A DNA stretch of 64,000 bases, from contig CAYTWB010000002.1 in assembly GCA_964441945.1 (NCBI GenBank), positions 51,213-115,212 on the forward strand. The letters are read 5' to 3'. This DNA comes from an uncultured Syntrophobacteraceae bacterium. Lineage in GTDB: Bacteria > Desulfobacterota > Syntrophobacteria > Syntrophobacterales > Syntrophobacteraceae. Shown here one piece after another: positions 56,334 to 64,000 of the stretch (the first letter of the stretch is position 1; every line of letters begins with the position of its first letter). Below the pieces are notes generated by a model that had not been told where the DNA came from, did no database searches, and worked only from the letters and a program-made list of their open reading frames with translations. The position numbers were made by a program, and so were the translations under genes.

Positions 56334-57266
56334 ATGAAGGAAAGCAAGAGGCAGCGACGGCAGAACCTGGTGAAGAAGCTGGTTCAAGGAAAAGGCGAAC
56401 CGGTTGAACTCGTTACGCTGTTGAATGGTCTTCTGGATTCCGGACTGGCGCAGCACGAGATTATGGACGAAATGGTCGGATGTTTTCTTGAAATCCGCGA
56501 CGCCTTCAGGCAAAAGGTGTTCCCCCCGCATTATACACAGACCGAGTTCATTTCAGCTTTTCAGGAAGTGGCTCAGAACCGCGGCATACCGGTTGACCGG
56601 TTTCACTCGAAGCTGCTCGAACGAATAATGCTGGAGACCGAATCGGGTGATGGTCTCAAGACGTCAGCGAAGCTTCCCACGCGCGAACGCGTCCTGGAGG
56701 CTGCTCTCAGTGTCTTTTCGGAAAAAGGGTTCCACGTTGCGACCATGGATGAGGTTGCGGAACGGGCAGGCGTGGGGAAGGGAACGCTTTATCGTTACTT
56801 TGCAAACAAGGACACCCTGTTCAATGAACTGGTGCGACAGCGGCTGGAGGAGCTTGAGAACAAGGCTCGGACTATCCTTGATGGCGAAGACGACGCACTC
56901 ACCATGATCACCAAGTACCTGCGGGTATATTTTGAGTTTTTTGACCGAAATCAGAACCTGTATCGACTCATTGTTCAGGAACGCATCGACATCGGCGTGC
57001 AGGTTCAGGACCTCTACCTGAAACAGGTGATGCGGCGCATACCGGTACTCAGGAGGAAGGTGTATGAGGCGAGCCGGAGTGGTTTGCTCAAGCCGCTCGA
57101 TTTCCAGACGGTTTTCTATGGGGTGATGGGTTTTATCCACGGAGTCATCCAGAAGTGGCTGGCCAATGCGTGCAGCTACCCGCTCGCCGACGAACTGCCC
57201 AGTGTTTTGGAGGTGCTTTTTCATGGGTTTGTCAGCAGTTCCAAGGTGGAAGAAGACGTTAACTGA
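56334..57266 (+). CDS. TetR-family regulator with an unusual ~110-aa N-terminal extension
   Basis: The HTH ([47 protein letters not shown]) starts only at about residue 115. ATG 56334 follows GAAGGAAAGG. Alternative start at 56283. Confidence 0.8.
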   Translation: MKESKRQRRQNLVKKLVQGKGEPVELVTLLNGLLDSGLAQHEIMDEMVGCFLEIRDAFRQKVFPPHYTQTEFISAFQEVAQNRGIPVDRFHSKLLERIMLETESGDGLKTSAKLPTRERVLEAALSVFSEKGFHVATMDEVAERAGVGKGTLYRYFANKDTLFNELVRQRLEELENKARTILDGEDDALTMITKYLRVYFEFFDRNQNLYRLIVQERIDIGVQVQDLYLKQVMRRIPVLRRKVYEASRSGLLKPLDFQTVFYGVMGFIHGVIQKWLANACSYPLADELPSVLEVLFHGFVSSSKVEEDVN

Positions 57267-57280
57267 CCAGGAGGAATGTA

Positions 57281-57526
57281 ATGGACCGGAATGAAATGCA
57301 GAAAAAGGTTGTGGACATCATTGCCAATCAATTGGGAGTCGACAGGGAGATTGTCAGCGCCGAAGCCAATGTCGTGGATGATCTTGGAGCGGATTCCCTG
57401 GATGTAGTCGAGCTGGTTATGGCCCTGGAGGAGGCTTTTGATCTGGAGATTCCCGATGAGGAAGCAGAGAAGATCAGGACGGTGAACGACATCACCGAGT
57501 ATCTGGCGAAAGCGTTGTCCCTATGA
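57281..57526 (+). CDS. acpP: Acyl carrier protein
   Basis: 81 aa with [31 protein letters not shown] and the phosphopantetheine-attachment Ser in DSLD. Confidence 0.9.
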   Translation: MDRNEMQKKVVDIIANQLGVDREIVSAEANVVDDLGADSLDVVELVMALEEAFDLEIPDEEAEKIRTVNDITEYLAKALSL

Positions 57527-57533
57527 GACCGGT

Positions 57534-57568
57534 GAGGGATGAGCCCCTGCTCATCCCTCTTGTCTTTC
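57534..57568 (+). terminator. Intrinsic terminator after the ACP gene
   Basis: GAGGGAUGAGC-CCCU-GCUCAUCCCUC forms 11 bp, followed by UUGUCUUUC. It begins 8 nt after the stop codon. Confidence 0.75.
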
Positions 57569-57829
57569 GCACCGGGACAGGTGTGGTTGCGCCCAGTACC
57601 CCGCCCAACACAGTCTTGTCCGCCAACCCATGGCATGCTATAAATTCCCGGAAGTCAGCCAATTCCTAATCATCAATCCAAGCAGGGGCGGTGTGCGGGT
57701 TCGGGAGCGTCTTTAGCCGATGCGCTTAACGGCTGAACGCCTCAATTTCACAGCGGTTTTCAATCCTTGTTGTCTCCAGGCCCTGCAGACCAGGACAGGT
57801 ATTGGGCAATTCCCACAAAGGAGTGTCTT

Positions 57830-59323
57830 ATGAACGGATTCAGGAGAATTCTAAAGGGTTTCTTGCTGGTTCTTGTAGTGCTTCTGGTTGCAGGCCAGGT
57901 GTTTGCCGCCGACTACTATGTGCAGGCGAAGGGGGGCAACGATGCCAATCCGGGAGACGGCTGGGGGGCGACACATGCCCTGAAGACCATCGGTAGGGCT
58001 GTGCAACTGGCTCAGGCGAGTGCGGGTCCGGACGTCATCCGTGTTGCGGCCGGCACCTATACGGAACACGTCGAACCCTGTAGCGACATAACGCTTTGGG
58101 GTGGATATCCGGCACGGGGAGGCCCCGACGCAAAGCGCAACCGCGACAAGAATAAGACCGTCATAGATGGCAGCAATAATGGACCGGCGATCTTCATCGA
58201 TACCAGGCAGAATGTGATTGTGGACGGGTTTCTCCTTCGCAACGGGCACGAAACCTATATCGGGGGTGGGGTCCGTATTGCCGACAGCGCTTCCGTAACG
58301 ATCAACAACAACGACATCCAGAAATGCTCGGCAGCTTTATGGGGTGGTGGTATCGGAATCAATGGGGGTGAGGATATCACTCTCTCCAACAACCTCATCG
58401 GCAAGAATACCGCCCAGCAACGGGGAGGGGCCCTGAGCCTCTTCCATTGTGATCCTTGTATTGTCGAGAAGAATGTGATCAAGAAGAACAAGGCCCGTGA
58501 AAGCGGTGCGGGGGTAGCCCTGGTTGAATCTTCCGTGGTTGTTCGGGAAAACAGGATTGACCACAACAAGCCCCTGGGTGGAGACTTCGAGTCGGGTGGG
58601 GGTCTGGATGTGGTGTGCCTCCCAGGCTCCACCATCAACATCCTTGACAACGTTATAGAGAAGAACGCCGGGGGAAATGGTGCCGGCCTGGCCCTCTACT
58701 CATGCGTCGGAGCGACGATCAGCCGTAACATGATCTCTCAGAATGAATCGGATTACGACGGGGGCGGCGTCTATTTCCATGGGTCTTCGGGTGAGATGGA
58801 ACGGAACATTGTCCAGGGGAATTCCGCGAGAAACTGGGGGGGTGGCCTCTGCCTCTATGGTTCACAAGTGGATGCGGCTGTGAACAACCTGATCACGAAC
58901 AACAAGGCACGCCGTAATGGCGGCGGCATCAGTCTCTACAACGCCTCAACGGCAACCATCATGAACAACACCGTCGCGCGGAACAAAGCCGATCTCGGCA
59001 GCGGACTTTACATTGACGGCGGCACCACGGCAACGGTCACGAACTCGATTCTCTGGTTCAATGCCGGGGATCAGATCGAAAACGGCGGTACCCTGAACAT
59101 CACCTACTCGGATGTTGAGGACGGGGGGACCGGGAACGGTAACATCAATACCAACCCGAAGTTTGTTTCGGCATCGAATTTTCACCTGAAGAATTCATCA
59201 CCCTGTATCAATACGGGGACCAATGCCGGTGCCCCACCGAACGATCTGGACGGGAATCCAAGGCCCTATGGCGCGGGGTTTGACATGGGGGCATACGAGT
59301 GGAGGCCGGGGGCCGCGGAATAG
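57830..59323 (+). CDS. Secreted right-handed parallel beta-helix (PbH1) repeat protein
   Basis: ATG 57830 follows AAAGGAG. The signal peptide is MNGFRRILKGFLLVLVVLLVAGQVFA|ADYYV. About 15 repeats of ~23 aa follow the pattern N.I..N.A..GGGI. Confidence 0.8.
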   Translation: MNGFRRILKGFLLVLVVLLVAGQVFAADYYVQAKGGNDANPGDGWGATHALKTIGRAVQLAQASAGPDVIRVAAGTYTEHVEPCSDITLWGGYPARGGPDAKRNRDKNKTVIDGSNNGPAIFIDTRQNVIVDGFLLRNGHETYIGGGVRIADSASVTINNNDIQKCSAALWGGGIGINGGEDITLSNNLIGKNTAQQRGGALSLFHCDPCIVEKNVIKKNKARESGAGVALVESSVVVRENRIDHNKPLGGDFESGGGLDVVCLPGSTINILDNVIEKNAGGNGAGLALYSCVGATISRNMISQNESDYDGGGVYFHGSSGEMERNIVQGNSARNWGGGLCLYGSQVDAAVNNLITNNKARRNGGGISLYNASTATIMNNTVARNKADLGSGLYIDGGTTATVTNSILWFNAGDQIENGGTLNITYSDVEDGGTGNGNINTNPKFVSASNFHLKNSSPCINTGTNAGAPPNDLDGNPRPYGAGFDMGAYEWRPGAAE

Positions 59324-59724
59324 GATGCCGGTGAATCCGCTCCGTCTCGGCCGGGAGATTAGTGGGGCCCGGTGGCGCGTGCCGTTGCGCTGTGGGCTGA
59401 TCGCCGGCAGGGGGCCCTGTCGGGCCCTGACGAAGATAAACGGATTGCCTCAGGTTTTGGCCGCCTGTGGGGCAGGGTCTTCAGGCTGCTCCACAGGTGA
59501 AAAGAGGGGATACGCTGCTTCCGGACAAGGCCTTTCCTTTTAACCCTCGAACTTCACCATCGCCTTTGAACGGTCCCGCATGTCACCATGTCAGCAATAG
59601 CCTTTACCTGATAACTCCTTGGATGGTACAAGAGGGTGGGCCTCCGATTCCGAGGTCTTTCCCCAGGGCCGGAGGGGACGAGCCCTCTGTGTGTATTCGC
59701 ATCCAACAAGAAGGGAGAAGTGAA

Positions 59725-60606
59725 ATGCCTGACGTGGATGAATTCATGGAAGCCAAAAGGTTTCATACGGATAGGCCCCAGAAGACGGAAGGGTTCTTTC
59801 TCAAAGGATCCAACTCTCTGGATTGGGGGATGAAGAACAGGCTTGCACGGATCTTCAACCCCGACAGCGGCCGGACGGTCATGCTCGCCATCGATCACGG
59901 CTACTTCCAGGGGCCTACCACGGGCCTTGAGCGGGTCGACCTCAACATACTTCCTTTGGTTTCCTATGCGGACACGTTGATGCTGACACGGGGGATTCTC
60001 AGGAGTATTGTGCCGCCCTCTACCTTGAAGTCCATTGTTCTAAGGGTTTCCGGGGGTACCAGCATACTGAAGGAGCTCTCCAACGAGGACCTGGCAGTCG
60101 ATATTGAGGAATCCATTCGTTTGAATGTCTGTGCCATGGCGGTGCAGGTCTTCATCGGAGGGGAATACGAAAGGCAGTCCATCATCAACATGACCAGAAT
60201 GGTCGATCTCGGCACACGTTACGGCATTCCGACGCTTGCCGTAACGGCGGTCGGAAAGGATATGGCGCGTGACGCCCAGTATTTCAGACTGGCCACAAGG
60301 ATATGTGCCGAACTTGGCGCTCACTACATCAAGACCTACTATATCGAAAACGGCTTCGAGACGGTCACGGCGTCCTGTCCGGTACCCATTGTGATGGCGG
60401 GTGGCAAGAAGGTCCCTGAGCTCGAAGCCCTGACCATGGCCTTCAATGCGGTTCAAAAAGGAGCGGCCGGTGTCGATATGGGACGGAACATATTTCAGTC
60501 GGAGGCCCCGACGGCGATGATCCAGGCAGTGCGCGCAGTCGTCCACGATAACGAGACGCCGGAAAAAGCCTTCGATCTCTACACTACACTGAAGAATCGG
60601 GGATAG
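59725..60606 (+). CDS. DhnA/LsrF-type class I aldolase family protein
   Basis: ATG 59725 follows AAGGGAGAAG. Motifs: …[12 protein letters not shown]…, Schiff-base Lys context HYIKTYY, and [13 protein letters not shown]. The track ORF start 59467 adds an implausible N-terminus. Confidence 0.8.
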   Translation: MPDVDEFMEAKRFHTDRPQKTEGFFLKGSNSLDWGMKNRLARIFNPDSGRTVMLAIDHGYFQGPTTGLERVDLNILPLVSYADTLMLTRGILRSIVPPSTLKSIVLRVSGGTSILKELSNEDLAVDIEESIRLNVCAMAVQVFIGGEYERQSIINMTRMVDLGTRYGIPTLAVTAVGKDMARDAQYFRLATRICAELGAHYIKTYYIENGFETVTASCPVPIVMAGGKKVPELEALTMAFNAVQKGAAGVDMGRNIFQSEAPTAMIQAVRAVVHDNETPEKAFDLYTTLKNRG

Positions 60607-60673
60607 GCCGAATCGAGAAGCCTGTGTATGCTCAACCCGTTCGTTCATGCAGCAATCGCCGGCCGGGGAACTC

Positions 60674-61699
60674 ATGAAGGTTTCGTATTGGCATAACAAC
60701 CAGGATATCAGGATCGAGGAGGTCCCGACCCCGAAGCCCGGTCCGAGGGAGCTGCTTGTAAAGGTGATTTCCTGTGGAATCTGTGGGAGCGATATTGTTG
60801 AATGGTATCGCTTGCCCAGAGCACCGCTGGTGCTGGGCCATGAAATCGGCGCAGAGGTCGTTGAAGCCGGCAATTCGATCGAGAAATACCACCCGGGGGA
60901 CAGGGTCCTTATCGTTCCCAAGGTACCGTGCATGGAATGCCATTATTGCAGAGACGGTCACACCCCTCAGTGTTCGGAAGTCAAGGTCAGACTGCCCGGT
61001 GGTTTTGCAGAATATATTCTCGTGCCTGAGGTCCTGGTGGAAAAGGGGACGTATCTGTTGCCGGACAGCGTTTCCTATGATCAAAGCACCTTCATTGAAC
61101 CCCTTGCATGCGTTGTCAGGGCCCAGAGGCTGGCCGGAATCAAGGAGGGGCAGACCGTCCTGGTGGCCGGGTGCGGGGTGGCCGGGCTGCTTCATATAAA
61201 GCTTGCCAAAGCAAGACAGTGCCGGGTCATCGCAACAGACGTCAACCAAAGAAGGCTGGCATTCGCAGAGCGGAACGGAGCGGATATTGTAGTCGATGCG
61301 GGAAAGGATGTTGCCGGGCGGTTAACGGCTGAAGGCGGGAAGATGCCCGATGTTGTCATACTGTGTACATCGGCTGTTTCTGCCGTGGACCAGGCATGGA
61401 AATGTGTGGACAAGGGCGGGACGGTCGTCTTTTTCAGCGTTCCCGGTCCGGACAAGAAAGTCGTCGTCCCTCTCAACGATTTTTGGACAAAAGAGATCAA
61501 GGTCCTCACTTCCTACTATTGTGGTCCCCCTGACATCGATGACGCACTGAAGCTGATAGAGTCCGGGACGATTCAAACCGATGAGCTGATCACGCACAGG
61601 CTTCCCTTGAAAGAGATAGAAAAAGGTTTTCGCTTGGTGATGGAGGGCAAGGAAGCGATGAAGGTCATCATCAGGCCAAACGATACGATCATTGGATGA
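60674..61699 (+). CDS. Zinc-dependent medium-chain dehydrogenase (sorbitol/threonine dehydrogenase-like)
   Basis: GICGSD…GHE.G catalytic Zn site, structural Zn Cys cluster CMECHYCRDGHTPQC, and Rossmann motif VAGCGVAGL. Confidence 0.85.
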   Translation: MKVSYWHNNQDIRIEEVPTPKPGPRELLVKVISCGICGSDIVEWYRLPRAPLVLGHEIGAEVVEAGNSIEKYHPGDRVLIVPKVPCMECHYCRDGHTPQCSEVKVRLPGGFAEYILVPEVLVEKGTYLLPDSVSYDQSTFIEPLACVVRAQRLAGIKEGQTVLVAGCGVAGLLHIKLAKARQCRVIATDVNQRRLAFAERNGADIVVDAGKDVAGRLTAEGGKMPDVVILCTSAVSAVDQAWKCVDKGGTVVFFSVPGPDKKVVVPLNDFWTKEIKVLTSYYCGPPDIDDALKLIESGTIQTDELITHRLPLKEIEKGFRLVMEGKEAMKVIIRPNDTIIG

Positions 61700-61778
61700 T
61701 CGGCTTTTTGTATCGTAATCTTTGTCAACGCGAGGACACAATCAGGGTGTGAATACCAGAAAGAACAGGAGATTCGAT

Positions 61779-63065
61779 ATGACGTTTCAAAAAGGTAAAG
61801 CAACCCCGGAATTTGAGAAGGCACTGGAGATCGGTCGCCCGCCCAATATCGTTCAACTCTTTCCGAACTCCAGGGCGTTGATTGTGAGCGGAAAGGTCAT
61901 CGATCGAGCCATGATCGCAAAAGGAAAGGCGATGACGATTGCGGCGAACGGCCGAAACGGTTTCGTCATCCGCGGAACGCTTAGAGCGGCTCAACGGGCC
62001 AATGCCGCAGTGATCATCGAGATCGCCAAATCCGAGGGGGGTGCGAAAGCCTACTGTGCGTGCAGTCTATGGAACCTGGCGAGGCAGGTGGATGCGATCT
62101 GCAATGAACTGGGCATCACGGTACCCGTGGCCGTTCACGCCGATCATTACGGGATCCAGAGCGCCCGGGATGTGGAAGCGGCCAAAACGGAAATCCCGTC
62201 CATGTTTGACGCGGGGATCACCTCCGTTGCCGTTGATGCCTCCCATCTGCCCGACGAAGAGAACCTCCTGGCCAATTTAGCGCTCAATCCCTTCCTTCCC
62301 AAGTGGGCGGGATATGAAACGGAGGTTGGGGAGATCAAGGGAAAAGAAGGCCTGTCAACCGTTGACGAGGCGCTCTTCCTGATTCGGGGTCTGAATGCTT
62401 ACAGCATTTTCCCCGACTGGATTGCACTCAACAACGGCACGACTCATGGCATCGAGGAGAGTGAGGCCGGCATACAGATACCCCTGACCGTAGAGATCCA
62501 TAACGCTTTGGCCCCGTACAAAGTATCGGGGGCCCAGCATGGTACCTCGGGCAATGATTCGAAACGGCTGAGAAGGATTGCCCAGGAAACCCGAACCACC
62601 AAGGCCAATGTTGCCACGGCCCTGCAGATGCTCACATGGGGTGTGAAGGTTAATGAATACGGCAATGCCTACCTGGACGAAAACGGGGAATTCATCAAGG
62701 TGCCCGATCTGGGTGTGACGGATGAGCTGTGGGGCGAAATGGTGGCCTACGCCAAAGCGAACGGTCTGAAGAAGGGAGATTATAAGAAACTGAACCTTCC
62801 TTTCGAAAACAAACTCAACGGTCTTCCCTCCAATGTGCGGGAGAGGATGGTCAGGTCCGTGGAAGATTTTGTCTTCGATCTGCTCACCAACGTGTTCAAC
62901 GCACAGGAGACCGCTCCCCTGGCGGTCGAAGCCATTCTCCAGGCGGGTTCCTATGACCTGGGACCGAAAGCCGTCCGGATCGAAGACCCGGTTGAATGGA
63001 CTGAGAGCCGAATCCGCGAGCGAGCCACCAAGACGGCAAAAGACGGCAAGAATTACGATGATTGA
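61779..63065 (+). CDS. Class II (metal-dependent) ketose-bisphosphate aldolase family protein, long form
   Basis: VAVHADH…DASHLP…E.GEI.G…NGTTHG…GAQHGTSG matches the FBA_II His/Asp metal-ligand pattern. ATG 61779 follows ACAGGAG. Confidence 0.8.
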   Translation: MTFQKGKATPEFEKALEIGRPPNIVQLFPNSRALIVSGKVIDRAMIAKGKAMTIAANGRNGFVIRGTLRAAQRANAAVIIEIAKSEGGAKAYCACSLWNLARQVDAICNELGITVPVAVHADHYGIQSARDVEAAKTEIPSMFDAGITSVAVDASHLPDEENLLANLALNPFLPKWAGYETEVGEIKGKEGLSTVDEALFLIRGLNAYSIFPDWIALNNGTTHGIEESEAGIQIPLTVEIHNALAPYKVSGAQHGTSGNDSKRLRRIAQETRTTKANVATALQMLTWGVKVNEYGNAYLDENGEFIKVPDLGVTDELWGEMVAYAKANGLKKGDYKKLNLPFENKLNGLPSNVRERMVRSVEDFVFDLLTNVFNAQETAPLAVEAILQAGSYDLGPKAVRIEDPVEWTESRIRERATKTAKDGKNYDD

Positions 63066-63095
63066 TCGGCTCCCTGCCATGAGGGGAATAGACCC

Positions 63096-64000
63096 TTGAG
63101 TGCATTCGTTCATCTGCATGTTCATACCGAGTTCAGCCTGCTCGACGGAGCGATCCGTTTGCAGGACCTGATTCAAACCGCCCAAAGCTTCAGCATGCCT
63201 GCTGTCAGCATCACCGACCATGGCAGCATGTTTGGTGTGCTGGAGTTCTACGAGCTCTGCAAGAAGGCCGGGATCAAACCCATTTTGGGCTGTGAGGTCT
63301 ATGTTGCGCCCAAGAGCCGGTTCGATCGTCATGGGAAAAGCGAAAGCGGAGGGAATGGGGATGAGGATCGAAATCACCACCTGGTGCTGCTGGCCAGGAA
63401 CCATACCGGCTACAAGAACCTGATGGAGCTGGTGACGCTGGGGTATCTTGAGGGCTTTTATTACAAACCGAGGATCGACAAGGAGGTCCTGGCAAAATAC
63501 CACGAAGGGCTCATCGGGCTTTCCGCCTGCCTCAAGGGGGAGGTGGCGGGGCTTCTCCTGCGCAACCAGGAACGGGCGGCACGCAAGGTGGCTCTCGAGT
63601 ATGCCGACATTTTCGGGCCGGGCGGTTTCTATCTGGAGCTTCAGGCCAACGGGCTTCCCGATCAGGCCGTCGCCAACCGGGCACTCATAGAGCTCGGTCG
63701 GGAACTCGCCCTGCCGCTTGTTGCCACCAACGACTGCCACTATCTGCGCAAAGGCGATGCCCGGGCTCATGAGATCCTTCTGTGCATCCAGACCGGTAAG
63801 ACGATCCTGGATGATAAGCGGATGAAGTTTCACACGGACCAGTTGTATTTCAAATCCCCCGAAGAAATGCATCGGGAATTTGCCAATGTCCCGGAGGCCC
63901 TTCAAAACACCGCGGTCATCGCTGAGCAATGTGATCTGGAAATCGATCTGAAGACCCGTCATTTTCCGGTGTTCCCTCTCACATCCGGAGAAAGCCTCGA
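63096..64000 (+). CDS. dnaE: DNA polymerase III alpha subunit, N-terminal PHP domain (3' end lies outside the window)
   Basis: It is absent from the ORF track because no stop is reached. TTG 63096 is the only start after the in-frame stop at 63063-63065. The protein starts (M)SAFVHLHVHTEFSLLDGA…SITDHGSMFG…GCEVYV…HHLVLLA.N..GY.NL…. Confidence 0.9.
   Translation, partial: MSAFVHLHVHTEFSLLDGAIRLQDLIQTAQSFSMPAVSITDHGSMFGVLEFYELCKKAGIKPILGCEVYVAPKSRFDRHGKSESGGNGDEDRNHHLVLLARNHTGYKNLMELVTLGYLEGFYYKPRIDKEVLAKYHEGLIGLSACLKGEVAGLLLRNQERAARKVALEYADIFGPGGFYLELQANGLPDQAVANRALIELGRELALPLVATNDCHYLRKGDARAHEILLCIQTGKTILDDKRMKFHTDQLYFKSPEEMHREFANVPEALQNTAVIAEQCDLEIDLKTRHFPVFPLTSGESL

Noticed and set aside
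62355-63962. 535-aa minus-strand ORF spanning the class II aldolase 3' end and dnaE
   Set aside because: It is the antisense of two genes with unmistakable family motifs (FBA_II, and the PHP domain of DnaE). Its translation is Arg/Gly/Pro-rich with no recognisable motif. Long shadow ORFs of this kind are typical in GC-rich DNA.
1-64000. Scan for CRISPR arrays, rRNA/tRNA genes, integrases, transposases, reverse transcriptases and known defence-system hallmarks
   Set aside because: No regularly spaced direct repeats were found. No rRNA or tRNA signatures lie outside CDSs. No recombinase, RT or nuclease-helicase gene sets were found. The only mobile-looking sequences are the non-autonomous MITE/REP-like repeats reported above.

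Overview
This 64-kb chromosomal segment is about 57-58% GC by eye and is mostly housekeeping genes. The gene content looks like an anaerobic Deltaproteobacteria/Thermodesulfobacteriota-type genome: thiH, HdrB/C-like redox proteins, citramalate synthase, and MITEs whose hairpins translate as 'VIPAKAGIQ'. That taxonomic placement is inference only.

Genes in order:
- zwf (3' part) and pgl.
- A truncated sigma-54 activator abutting an NHL-repeat gene.
- An AT-rich islet with two secreted proteins.
- CBS-acs, thrC, a gamma-CA-like gene and thiF.
- An Rrf2-led pstSCAB operon.
- A TetR-controlled RND efflux operon.
- An Rrf2 gene divergent from a membrane HdrC/HdrB-like pair.
- A TPP-riboswitch-controlled thiG-thiH-thiS-thiE operon.
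- phoH, a 7TM-HD gene, ybeY, pdxJ, acpS, nnr and tsaE.
- A B12-radical-SAM gene, a peptide-type binding protein, aspartate kinase, cimA, comEA and glgB.
- A GAF/H-box orphan, a fused cdaA-cdaR, and an alaC-like aminotransferase.
- A nuclease, a Nudix gene, TetR plus ACP, a secreted beta-helix protein, an aldolase/dehydrogenase/aldolase trio, and the 5' end of dnaE.

No rRNA, tRNA, CRISPR array, integrase or transposase was seen.

Most notable non-routine signals:
1. A promoter, an Ala-rich 28-codon leader ORF and an intrinsic terminator lie directly upstream of the alaC-like gene. This may be an alanine-sensing attenuator.
2. The AT-rich islet encodes a secreted protein with a transglutaminase-like Cys-His-Asp arrangement and a small secreted helical partner.
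3. A decayed antitoxin/PIN-toxin locus.
4. At least three families of short hairpin or MITE-like repeats occupy intergenic gaps.
5. A head-to-head junction of two truncated genes.
6. A single-polypeptide CdaA-CdaR fusion.

All functional calls rest on motif and family recognition by eye. No database search was run.
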